Made by a program: the position numbers and the translations under genes. Below, one piece after another: positions 36,165 through 44,634 of a stretch of DNA of 64,000 bases (its first letter is position 1; each line of letters begins with the position of its first letter). This DNA is from an uncultured Gammaproteobacteria bacterium (GTDB lineage: Bacteria > Cyanobacteriota > Vampirovibrionia > Gastranaerophilales > Gastranaerophilaceae): NCBI GenBank assembly GCA_964467625.1, contig CAYXRM010000001.1, forward strand, positions 516,986-580,985, written 5' to 3'. The notes beneath the pieces are model-generated. The model saw only the letters and a program-made list of their open reading frames with translations. It was not told the origin of the DNA and made no database searches.

Positions 36165-36815
36165 ATGTTTAGTCCATCCATTCAAAGCTATATAAATTCT
36201 TCAGGCGAAGCGTCTGCAATGACAAGGGCAAAGCATCTGGACGCTTATATTAACACGCTTTGGAACAAAACGCCCGATGTGGAGAATGCAGCCGAAGAAG
36301 AAATTCAACCCTTTAATCGTGTTTTAAAAAGTTCTCTTGAAGAAAACCCCTCAAATGGTGTTTTTAAGCTTGATGAACCGCCAAAAATTCCCTTTGGCAC
36401 TCTTTCTGTCGGGGCAAAATTAAGTTCTGGCACCAACACGAAATCTGAAATTATGAAAATGATTGATGATGTTTGCAATAAATATGATGTGGATTCAAAG
36501 CTTGTGCAAGCTGTTGTGGAACAGGAATCAGGCTTTAACCCAAATGTAAAATCAAAAGCAGGGGCGCTTGGGCTTATGCAGTTAATGCCAAAAACAGCCG
36601 AAGGGCTTGGGGTAGGCGACCCATTAAACCCTAAAGAAAATATTGAAGGCGGGGTTAAATATTTAAAACAATTGCTGGATAAATTCCATGGGAATAAGAT
36701 ATTGGCGCTTGCGGCATATAATGCGGGGCCAAATGCGGTTTCCAAATATAACGGCGTTCCCCCGTATAAAGAAACACAAAATTATGTTAAATCCGTTTTG
36801 AGTAAGTATTTATAA
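36165..36815 (+). CDS. Lytic transglycosylase (SLT domain), flagellar-cluster associated
   Basis: 216 aa. QAVVEQESGFNPNVKSKAGALGLMQLMP...AAYNAGPNAVSKY is the SLT catalytic signature. Immediately upstream of fliE. Confidence 0.8.
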   Translation: MFSPSIQSYINSSGEASAMTRAKHLDAYINTLWNKTPDVENAAEEEIQPFNRVLKSSLEENPSNGVFKLDEPPKIPFGTLSVGAKLSSGTNTKSEIMKMIDDVCNKYDVDSKLVQAVVEQESGFNPNVKSKAGALGLMQLMPKTAEGLGVGDPLNPKENIEGGVKYLKQLLDKFHGNKILALAAYNAGPNAVSKYNGVPPYKETQNYVKSVLSKYL

Positions 36816-36830
36816 AAAAGGTAAAAGATT

Positions 36831-37157
36831 ATGGTTGATGGAATTACACCAAGAATTAATTTAGGCGAAAGAATTGAACCGAGTAAAATTTCTACATTTA
36901 ACGGTTCTGTCAGAATGAAAAGTATAGAACAGCCAGAAACAGCAGATTTTAAAGATGTTATGGGTGGGCTTGTCGAACAGTTGAACACGGATTTGAACGC
37001 TCCTGAAGAACTGGTGCAGGACTTGATGATGGATAAAGCAGACATCCATGACGTTATGGCAGCCATGCAAAAATCTGAAATTCAATTGAACATTGCGACC
37101 ACGGCTCTTGGAAAAGTCATACAAACGTATGAAAAAATCATGCAAATATCAATATAA
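36831..37157 (+). CDS. fliE: Flagellar hook-basal body complex protein FliE
   Basis: 108 aa. The C-terminal DIHDVMAAMQKSEIQLNIATTALGKVIQTYEKIMQISI matches the FliE pattern. Located before fliF. Confidence 0.75.
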   Translation: MVDGITPRINLGERIEPSKISTFNGSVRMKSIEQPETADFKDVMGGLVEQLNTDLNAPEELVQDLMMDKADIHDVMAAMQKSEIQLNIATTALGKVIQTYEKIMQISI

Positions 37158-37225
37158 TTGTTTATATAGAATAAAATAAATGTATAATAGATGTGTTAAT
37201 CACCGGTTAATAAAAGTAAATTGCA

Positions 37226-38953
37226 ATGGATTTTAAAACTTTAATGGAAAACAAACCCGTATTTTACGGGGTTATAGCGGGAGTTTCAGCAATAGTTATA
37301 ATATTAATTATTGCAGTGTTTTCTATTGCTATGGGAAGCAAAAATTCTGACGGCACAAAACCCGTTGAAAAGCCTAAGGAAATTTCCCAAAAAGAAATAA
37401 CAATCATCGAAACAGATAAAGTCGGACTTGCGGTTGAAATTCAGGCACTTTTAGGCAGGCATGGAATTAAAACAAGAAGAGAATCAAGCGGTACAAAATC
37501 AAAGGTTGTTCTTTCGAAAGAAGATAAAATAACAGAAGATGATAGAGATAAAGCGATTATCCTTCTTGTACAATCGGGGCTTTTAGATGAGCATACCGGA
37601 CTTGAGATTTTTGATACGGGTGATTTTACATCCACTAAAGAAGATAAAAGAATTCGCCTTATAAGGGCAATGAATGGGGAACTTGCAAGATTAATCAGAA
37701 AAATTTCTCCGATTAAAAATGCACAAGTGTTTGTTTCCGTTCCGGAGCAATCTTTGTTTGCTTCCAACCAAAAGCCGATAACCGCAACAGTGCAGGTTCA
37801 ATTAGATACAGGCGATAGACTTGACTCTATGAAAGTTAAGGCGATTACAAACCTTCTTTTGGGTGCAATTCAAGGTCTTAAAGCTGAGGATATTTCAATT
37901 ACGGACACAAACGGGGTTGTTTATTCAAGCATTATAGGCGGTGCAAACGATGCGCTTGCAAAAATTGAAGAAAACGACAAATACATGCAACAAAAAGTTT
38001 CTGCCCAATTAGATAGACTTGTGGGCAAAGGAAATTATGTTGTTACGGTTTCTACGTTTTTAACTCAAGCACCTGTTGAAAAAACAAGTATAATTTATGA
38101 CCCAAGTTCAAAAACGGCAGTAAATGAACAAGGGTTTACAGAAAAACTGGGGGACAATTCTGCAGATAACAATTCTGCTATTAATGCGGTGAGCGTTTAT
38201 TTGCCATATGGGGTTCCAACATCGGGGCAGAATTCTTCCCAAGATAGAAAATACGTGCGCCAAGCGCATGAAACCCAATACGGGGTTACAAAAACTCAAA
38301 TTAATGAATACACAAGAGAAGGCGTGATTGAAGAAATTTCAATTGCTGTGTCTTTGGATCAGGCTTCTGTTCCAATGAGCATGACAATGAATGACCTTAA
38401 AACTTTAATTGCCCATGCTGCAAGCCCACTTGTTAATCCTGAAAATGTTTCAATTGCCTTTATAGAGTCGGCAAACCCTGTTTTGGCTCCTGAAAGTCAG
38501 AACAAGCTTCCATTCCCGACAGAATCGGGGAACCCTTGGTGGGTGGTTGGTATTGTTCTTTTAATCGGGCTTGGTATTGGGCTTAAATATATTACAAACA
38601 AAGTTAAAACCGAGCAGGATAGAAATGTTCAAGAATTAAACAGCTTAAGAGCAAAAACTCTGGAGCAGGAAAAACAGTTGCGTGAAGTTAATGTTAAGGC
38701 ACAAGAGTTAATTCAAAAACAAGCGGTAATGGCGCAAAATTTAATTGAACAACAAAATCTTCAAAAGCTTCAAGCGCAAGCTCAAGCACAAGCACAAGCG
38801 CAAGCACAGGCTCAAGCTCAAGCACAGACTAAGAAAAATACAGAAAAAGATGTGAATATAGATGATGCAATTTCAGAGCTTGCAATGGATTATGCAGGCA
38901 TGGATGACCTTGAAGCTATAGAAAAGTTAAAAAGTTGGATTGAAGCAAGTTAA
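37226..38953 (+). CDS. fliF: Flagellar M-ring protein FliF
   Basis: 575 aa with an N-terminal TM helix, a YscJ/FliF-type lipoprotein-like domain (LAVEIQALLGRHGIKTRR..., RAMNGELARLI) and a second TM (WWVVGIVLLIGLGIGL). The cytoplasmic tail carries an AQ repeat. Confidence 0.85.
   Translation: MDFKTLMENKPVFYGVIAGVSAIVIILIIAVFSIAMGSKNSDGTKPVEKPKEISQKEITIIETDKVGLAVEIQALLGRHGIKTRRESSGTKSKVVLSKEDKITEDDRDKAIILLVQSGLLDEHTGLEIFDTGDFTSTKEDKRIRLIRAMNGELARLIRKISPIKNAQVFVSVPEQSLFASNQKPITATVQVQLDTGDRLDSMKVKAITNLLLGAIQGLKAEDISITDTNGVVYSSIIGGANDALAKIEENDKYMQQKVSAQLDRLVGKGNYVVTVSTFLTQAPVEKTSIIYDPSSKTAVNEQGFTEKLGDNSADNNSAINAVSVYLPYGVPTSGQNSSQDRKYVRQAHETQYGVTKTQINEYTREGVIEEISIAVSLDQASVPMSMTMNDLKTLIAHAASPLVNPENVSIAFIESANPVLAPESQNKLPFPTESGNPWWVVGIVLLIGLGIGLKYITNKVKTEQDRNVQELNSLRAKTLEQEKQLREVNVKAQELIQKQAVMAQNLIEQQNLQKLQAQAQAQAQAQAQAQAQAQTKKNTEKDVNIDDAISELAMDYAGMDDLEAIEKLKSWIEAS
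38771..38827 (+). repeat. (Gln-Ala) dipeptide repeat coding tract inside fliF
   Basis: 19 codons alternate CAA/CAG and GCG/GCT/GCA, encoding QAQAQAQAQAQAQAQAQAQ. Confidence 0.9.
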
Positions 38954-38992
38954 TATTGTATAATTTATACACATTAAAGGAAATTTAACAAA

Positions 38993-40030
38993 ATGGCGCC
39001 GCAACCTCAAAACACTCCGCAAAAAAAATCGACTCCACCGCCTAGCGGTGGTGCTAGGCCTGCCGGTAGAGTTATTCAAGGTTTTGACCCTGCGGCATTT
39101 GCTAAAAATTTGGCAATGGAAGCAAATCAGGTAATTCCTGAAAACATCAAAGAGGCAGATAGAAAGTTTATAGTTGAATTGGTTCACAAATTTTGCCTTT
39201 TGTGCGGAGATGCTCTTGTCAAGGATGAAAAATATAACTTAAACGCACAGCAGGCGAGTATTATCACCCAATTTATCGGGGAGTGGACTTTTCATAAATC
39301 AGTAGATCTTATAAACGGCGGAATTGCGCCTGAATTGCGTGAAGGGGTTCTTCAAAAGGTTGCATTTACTGTTTTTGAAATTGCAAAACAGGCGATAAGT
39401 AAAAATCTTCCGCAAGAGCAAGTTCTTGCGGTTGTTGAAGCGCAGGTTAGAAATTGTTTTAAGGCAGCGCTTGAAGATCTTAAAAATAGAGGCAAGATTA
39501 ATGAAGACACTTTAAATAATGCGGCAAAACAATCCAGTATTGATGCAATGAGTCAACAGGAGTATGATAGAGAACATGTCGGGGAAGATTTACCGGATGC
39601 AAAAATTTTAAAATTGGCTTCTTTGGCGCTTTTTATAAAAAAACTTCCGCAAGAACAGGCACAAAAAATTATTGCAAAATTTAACGAATCGGAAGCGCAA
39701 GTTTTGTTACAATATCTTAAAATGTCTCATTTGGAACAAAAAATTGATAAAAATCTTGCAATTAGGTGTTTGACTGAAATAAAAGATGTTTTGCCTGAAC
39801 CTAAAGTTATTTCAAAAGACAGAGTTTATGCAAAATTGTATAAAATTGTTAAAACAAAAGACAAAAATGAAATTTCCAATATTATAGATAATGAAAGGCC
39901 TTTAATAAAACAGTTTGTTCTGTCGCCTTACACAAAAGAAGAAGTTGTTGTTCCGACAAAAGTTGGGAGTGTTATTTGTAAATATTTGGAAGAAAAGATT
40001 TTATTAAATGATAATAAAGAAGAAAAATAA
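38993..40030 (+). CDS. Protein occupying the fliG position, with only a FliG-N/MgtE-N-like helical segment recognisable
   Basis: 345 aa between fliF and fliH. Residues ~205-245 (ILKLASLALFIKKLPQEQAQKIIAKFNESEAQVLLQYL) resemble the FliG N-terminal repeat. I could not find FliG middle or C-terminal motifs (EHPQ, MFxFEDL). The N-terminus is Pro-rich. Confidence 0.4.
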   Translation: MAPQPQNTPQKKSTPPPSGGARPAGRVIQGFDPAAFAKNLAMEANQVIPENIKEADRKFIVELVHKFCLLCGDALVKDEKYNLNAQQASIITQFIGEWTFHKSVDLINGGIAPELREGVLQKVAFTVFEIAKQAISKNLPQEQVLAVVEAQVRNCFKAALEDLKNRGKINEDTLNNAAKQSSIDAMSQQEYDREHVGEDLPDAKILKLASLALFIKKLPQEQAQKIIAKFNESEAQVLLQYLKMSHLEQKIDKNLAIRCLTEIKDVLPEPKVISKDRVYAKLYKIVKTKDKNEISNIIDNERPLIKQFVLSPYTKEEVVVPTKVGSVICKYLEEKILLNDNKEEK

Positions 40031-40859
40031 TAAACAAAAAGAACAAGAGGATATAAAACAAGAGTCCAAGAGTTCTTCAAGCATAATTAAAGCAGGTTCT
40101 GTAAAAAAGCCGAACCCACTAAAGCAAAAGGCTTTGGAAAAAAAAGAAAAGCAGATAGCTCTAAATGAGAAAAACATGCCTGAGCCAAAGCAGCCTGCCT
40201 TGCAAGAACCTAAAAAAACGCCCCTTGAAAAAACTCTTGAAGAATATGAAAAAATAGATGTCACAGCCCTTGAATTTAAAGAAAGATATGAAAGAAGAAG
40301 AGGAGAAAGAAGAAGGGGCTTTAGAAGGATTGATGAAAGAGCGCTTGTTTCCCGTGCGCATGAAGAAGCTCAATCTATAAGAGAACTTGCCGCACAGGAA
40401 GGGTATAAAAATGGGCTTAGTCAGGCGCAAGATGTGGTTGAAGAATTAAAAACTTCGCTTGAGAGCTTTTTAGGGGCAAAAGAAGCGGTATATGAAGAAG
40501 TTTCAGGACACATCATTGAAATTGCACTTGCTGTTGCAAAAAAAATCATTAAAAAAGAGGTAGAAGCTTCAAACGAGGTACTAAAGGCAGTTTTAGGCGA
40601 AGTGCTTGATGAATTAAATGAAAGTGATGAAAAAGTGACGGTTAAAGTCAATCCTGAAGATGTTGAATTTGCAAGGGCTTCTTTGCCTGAAATTTTGTCT
40701 GAAAAAGGAATAAGTGCTAAAATAAATGTAGCGGCAGATGAGCTTATTCAAAAGGGGAGCTGCACGCTTGCCGCATCAAATGGAGTTGTGGATGCGAATT
40801 TTTCAACTCAGCTTGCAATAATTCAAAATGCCTTTGGTATTTATGAGGGGGGCGAATAA
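40008..40859 (+). CDS. fliH: Flagellar assembly protein FliH
   Basis: 283 aa with a K/E-rich N-terminus. The C-terminal half (HIIEIALAVAKKIIKKEV...VTVKVNPEDVEFA...) is typical of the FliH/V-ATPase-E-like family. Confidence 0.7.
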   Translation: MIIKKKNNKQKEQEDIKQESKSSSSIIKAGSVKKPNPLKQKALEKKEKQIALNEKNMPEPKQPALQEPKKTPLEKTLEEYEKIDVTALEFKERYERRRGERRRGFRRIDERALVSRAHEEAQSIRELAAQEGYKNGLSQAQDVVEELKTSLESFLGAKEAVYEEVSGHIIEIALAVAKKIIKKEVEASNEVLKAVLGEVLDELNESDEKVTVKVNPEDVEFARASLPEILSEKGISAKINVAADELIQKGSCTLAASNGVVDANFSTQLAIIQNAFGIYEGGE

Positions 40860-40863
40860 TTAA

Positions 40864-42954
40864 ATGGCACAGCCTAAAATGAATGTCGCAAATAATCCGC
40901 TATCAGAAATTGCGCTTGCAGTGTTCGTTATTGCGCTTATTTTAATTTTGCTTATTGAAGTGCCAAATTGGGTTATAAATTTTTCAATTTCATTAAATAT
41001 AACCTTGGGAGTTGTGCTTTTGATGTTTTCTCTATACGTTCAAAAGCCTCTTGAACTTGCGTCTTTTCCTTCAATTATTCTTATCGGAACAATGTTCAGA
41101 CTTGTTTTGTCAATTGCCTCAACCCGTTTAATTCTTGCAAAAGGGGACGCAGGTGAAGTTGTTCATGCGTTTGGACAGTTTGTAACCGGCGGTAATATGG
41201 TCGTGGGTGGAGTTATTTTCTTAATTATTACCGTTGTGCAGTTTATGGTTATTACAAAAGGTGCAGAGCGTATTGCTGAGGTTTCCGCAAGGTTTGCACT
41301 TGACGCTATGCCGGGTAAACAAATGACCATTGACGCCGATTTTAACCAAGGGCTTATATCTCCGGAAGAAGCGGTTAAGCGCCGTGAAGATCTTCAAAGA
41401 GAATCTTCTCTTTACGGTTCTATGGATGGTGCTATGAAGTTTGTAAAAGGGGACACAATTGCAGGTATTATTATTGCCGTGATTAACATTATAGGCGGGT
41501 TGATTATCGGGGTTGCAATGAACCAAATGCCTATTGCAGATGCGGTTTCAAAATATACGGTTTTAACTATTGGTGACGGTTTGTCTTCTCAATTGCCTTC
41601 GCTTTTAATGTCTATTGCATCAGGTATTGTGATGACACGTTCCACAGGTACAAGCACCTCTTTGGGAAAAGATGTTACTTTGCAGATTTTATCAAAACCA
41701 CAAGCCATGTTTTTAGCATGTGGCTTTTTGATGTTTATTGCGCTTACAAGTGGGTATACGGGGCTACCGTGGTGGCCGTTTTTGCTTTTCACTATAGTTC
41801 TTGTGGTGGGCGCAATTTCAGTTCTTGCAAATCAAGAAATGCAAAGCCAATTGGGGCAGTTGGATGCGGTTAGAAAGAATATGCAAGACCTTGTTAACCC
41901 CAATAAAATGTATGAACGTCTTGGGGTAGATGTTTTGTCTTTACAAGTGGGTTCAGGTTTGCTAATTATCGCAGACCCCGATCAGGACGGTCAATTGCTT
42001 GCAAAAATTGCGGCACTTCGTCAAAGGGTAACCGATGAACTTGGGTATATTATTCCAAACATAAGAATTATGGATTCTTCCGCCATAAAAGATAATGAAT
42101 ACTTAATTGCAATAAGAGGAAATACGGTTGCAACGGGTGTTGTGTATCCTTCCAAATTTATGGTTATTGCAGACCAGTGGGAAGCTTCCGGCAAAAAAGT
42201 CCCCGATAATGTAATTGTATCGGTTGACCCTACTTATCAATCTCAAGCTTATTGGATTGACCCTCAATATATAGACCGTGGTTCAAAAATTGTGGCGGTG
42301 GATTCGGTTGATGTTATTGTAACTCACCTGCAAGATTGCGTTAGAAAATATGTAGATGAAGTTATGACAAAAACAGACGTTTTGAAGCTTATGGAACTTG
42401 TTAAATCTCAAGACCCGACTTTGGTAAATGACCTTGTTCCGACAATTATTTCAACTTCTGATTTAAGAAAAATTTTTGTTAATTTAATTAGAGAAAAAGT
42501 TTCCATAAGAGATATTATTTTTATCTTTGAAAGGCTGTGCGATTATGCAAGATTTTCAAAAGAGCCCGATATTTTATCTGAAAGGTTAAGAGCGGCTCTT
42601 GGCAGGCAAATTTGTCTTCAAAACTGTAATAAAGATAAAGTTTTGTATGCTTTGACTTTGTCTTCCGAATGGGAAAAAACGCTTGATGATTCTTGCCAAA
42701 GAACAGAACTTGGGACAATGTTCCTGTTGAACCCTATGCAGGTGCAAGAGCTTATTGAAACCACGGCAAATACTTTGATGAAGGCACATCAGGTAGTTGG
42801 TGTTCAGCCTGTTATTTTGTGTTCTCCAAGAATTAGACTTCCTTTATATCAAATGTTAGAAAGACACATACCAACAATCGTTGTTATATCTTATTCTGAA
42901 CTGATTACAGATATTAGGGTTGAAGCGATAGATACCATAGGAGAAGGATATTAG
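40864..42954 (+). CDS. flhA: Flagellar export apparatus protein FlhA
   Basis: 696 aa. FHIPEP signature: FALDAMPGKQMTIDADFNQGLIS..EA..RRE.L..ES.LYGSMDGAMKFVKGD. A cytoplasmic domain follows. Confidence 0.9.
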   Translation: MAQPKMNVANNPLSEIALAVFVIALILILLIEVPNWVINFSISLNITLGVVLLMFSLYVQKPLELASFPSIILIGTMFRLVLSIASTRLILAKGDAGEVVHAFGQFVTGGNMVVGGVIFLIITVVQFMVITKGAERIAEVSARFALDAMPGKQMTIDADFNQGLISPEEAVKRREDLQRESSLYGSMDGAMKFVKGDTIAGIIIAVINIIGGLIIGVAMNQMPIADAVSKYTVLTIGDGLSSQLPSLLMSIASGIVMTRSTGTSTSLGKDVTLQILSKPQAMFLACGFLMFIALTSGYTGLPWWPFLLFTIVLVVGAISVLANQEMQSQLGQLDAVRKNMQDLVNPNKMYERLGVDVLSLQVGSGLLIIADPDQDGQLLAKIAALRQRVTDELGYIIPNIRIMDSSAIKDNEYLIAIRGNTVATGVVYPSKFMVIADQWEASGKKVPDNVIVSVDPTYQSQAYWIDPQYIDRGSKIVAVDSVDVIVTHLQDCVRKYVDEVMTKTDVLKLMELVKSQDPTLVNDLVPTIISTSDLRKIFVNLIREKVSIRDIIFIFERLCDYARFSKEPDILSERLRAALGRQICLQNCNKDKVLYALTLSSEWEKTLDDSCQRTELGTMFLLNPMQVQELIETTANTLMKAHQVVGVQPVILCSPRIRLPLYQMLERHIPTIVVISYSELITDIRVEAIDTIGEGY

Positions 42955-43205
42955 TCTTTCTTTTCAAACTCAGATAAAAATTCAGCAGGGGTCATATTGA
43001 AGCCTTTAGCTATTTTTACAAGAATATTCAATTTTATGTTTTGATGAAGATTTTCAATTCTTGATAAAATTGCAGGGTCAATTTCGTTTGCAAAGGCAAA
43101 TTTGTTTAAGGAGATGTTCATATCTTCTCTTTTTTGCTTTATAAATTTTCCAAGTTTTTGGTATTGCATTTTATCAATTGTTCTATATAATATTTTATAT
43201 GTCAT
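42951..43205 (-). CDS. XRE-family helix-turn-helix transcriptional regulator
   Basis: 84 aa. LGKFIKQKREDMNISLNKFAFANEIDPAILSRIE is an HTH_3-type motif. An alternative start at ATG 43169 (MQYQKLG) is possible. Confidence 0.75.
   Translation of the reverse strand: MTYKILYRTIDKMQYQKLGKFIKQKREDMNISLNKFAFANEIDPAILSRIENLHQNIKLNILVKIAKGFNMTPAEFLSEFEKKD
43164..43191 (+). promoter_or_regulatory. Candidate promoter for the pilin-like gene
   Basis: TTGCAT (43164-43169), 16 nt spacer, TATAAT (43186-43191). It lies inside or at the 5' end of the divergent XRE gene. Confidence 0.35.
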
Positions 43206-43219
43206 TGAGAAATCTCAAT
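43204..43219. promoter_or_regulatory. Palindromic candidate operator between the XRE gene and the pilin-like gene
   Basis: ATTGAGA-AA-TCTCAAT has perfect 7-bp inverted arms. It lies just downstream of the predicted pilin -10 and touches the XRE start codon. Confidence 0.35.
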
Positions 43220-43239
43220 AGTAAAAACAAAGGAGAAAT

Positions 43240-43989
43240 ATGAAAAAAGCTTTCACGCTTGCAGAAGTCCTTGTTACTTTGTTAATCATAGGAATTGTTG
43301 CAGCACTCAGTATCCCTTCTCTTATTGCCTCTTATCAGCAACACACGTATAAAGCGGGTTTAAAAAAGGCAATAAATATTTTAAATGATGCAGTAACTCT
43401 TAATGGTGCTATTGATGAAGATAGTTTGCTTATAAACAGAAATGTATATAATTATTTGACAAAACATATGAGCATTTTAAAAACCACGCTTACATCATCA
43501 AGAACAAACAATGGCGGAGTTAATTATGCGCTTTATACGCCCGATGGTATGAGATTTGAATTTAAGTATTTTGGCATGAAAGAAGATGGAAGCAGAGTAG
43601 GAAGCGAGCCACTTTTAGGGGGTGGGGGAAGAAAAAAACTTTGGGAAAATAATACGCAGATATGCCATGTTTTAGCTCCAAGCACGGACAATTATTATAT
43701 ACAGGCCTACACAAGCGGTCATAGCGGTATGGGCATGAATAAGTGCTACGGCTGTGGTTCGTACGGGCTTAGACACAATCCTTTAAACAGCAAAATCCCC
43801 CCGTGCTTTGTTGTTGTAGATGTAAACGGGGATAGCGGGCCTTCAAAAAATACAAGTTCACAACTGATATACAACCCTCAAGATGATGTTAATTCCGGAA
43901 TTGTTGGGGATGTTTTTACAATTATGATAACGGATACGGCGGCAATTCCATTTGGGACTATTGCGCAAAAAGCAATGTATTCAAAGTAA
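43240..43989 (+). CDS. Pilin-like protein with prepilin-type N-terminal cleavage/methylation domain
   Basis: 249 aa. MKKAFTLAEVLVTLLIIGIVAALSIPS is a class III signal / N-terminal hydrophobic helix with Glu at +5. AAGGAG RBS. The C-terminal VDVNGDSGPS motif is shared with the relic at 13751-14092. Confidence 0.75.
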   Translation: MKKAFTLAEVLVTLLIIGIVAALSIPSLIASYQQHTYKAGLKKAINILNDAVTLNGAIDEDSLLINRNVYNYLTKHMSILKTTLTSSRTNNGGVNYALYTPDGMRFEFKYFGMKEDGSRVGSEPLLGGGGRKKLWENNTQICHVLAPSTDNYYIQAYTSGHSGMGMNKCYGCGSYGLRHNPLNSKIPPCFVVVDVNGDSGPSKNTSSQLIYNPQDDVNSGIVGDVFTIMITDTAAIPFGTIAQKAMYSK

Positions 43990-44634
43990 TTAAACTACGT
44001 TTTTTAAAAAACTTTTTCTGTGCACTTTGCTAATACCGTGAGTTTTGATTAATTCAATGTGCTCTTTTGTAAGGTATCCTTTATTTTTTTTAAAATTGTA
44101 GGCGGGGTATTTTTCATCTAATTTAATCATAAAATTATCCCGCTCAACTTTGGCTAAAATACTTGCAGCGGCAATTGAAGCAGAGAGGCTGTCTCCTTTT
44201 ATTATTGCTTTTTGGTGGTATTCAAAATTTTTGATTTGTTTGTTTCCATCCACAAGTACAAGCACATTTTTTGAATTTAATTTTGATATAACTTCATATG
44301 CGGCCCTTTTCATGCCATACAGAGAAGCGTTTAAAATGTTCATTTTTTCGATTTCTTCAATTTCTATTTTTTGAATTGAAAAAAAAGAATTTTCTTTTAT
44401 TAATGGAAATAAATTTTCTCTTGTTTTTTCGGTTAACTGTTTTGAGTCATTTAATTTTGGAAGAAGTTTATCTAATAAATCGTAACTTTTAAAGCAGACG
44501 CATGCTGTATATAAAGGGCCTGCGGCAGGCCCACGTCCGGCTTCATCGCAACCCAAAACATAATCATACTGTTTGCTAAATAGAGTTGGAGTGTTTTTTT
44601 CCAATAAATCAAAATCAAAATTCAAAAGGCTCAT
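43990..44634 (-). CDS. rnhB: Ribonuclease HII
   Basis: 214 aa. GCDEAGRGPAAGPL, LNDSKQL and ASILAKVERD are RNase HII motifs. Confidence 0.9.
   Translation of the reverse strand: MSLLNFDFDLLEKNTPTLFSKQYDYVLGCDEAGRGPAAGPLYTACVCFKSYDLLDKLLPKLNDSKQLTEKTRENLFPLIKENSFFSIQKIEIEEIEKMNILNASLYGMKRAAYEVISKLNSKNVLVLVDGNKQIKNFEYHQKAIIKGDSLSASIAAASILAKVERDNFMIKLDEKYPAYNFKKNKGYLTKEHIELIKTHGISKVHRKSFLKNVV

Noticed and set aside
36108-36197. 29-codon ORF (MKLNTLKDDNVFCGEKVNKKCLVHPFKAI*) upstream of and overlapping the SLT gene start
   Set aside because: It has no convincing RBS and overlaps the better-supported SLT start at 36165 in another frame. I cannot assess its conservation.
36305-36745. 146-aa minus-strand ORF inside the SLT gene, with similar long antisense ORFs at 16387-16869, 23927-24358, 57356-57793, 58545-58952 and 60239-60751
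   Set aside because: Each lies opposite a gene with strong family motifs (SLT, formyltransferase/mlaE, mlaD, pilT, the Gly-rich protein, korA/korB). None has start or RBS support or recognisable motifs.
38771-38827. The AQ repeat in fliF as a slipped-strand phase-variation tract
   Set aside because: The 6-nt units use mixed synonymous codons, so there is no long perfect DNA repeat. Any unit change would also stay in frame.
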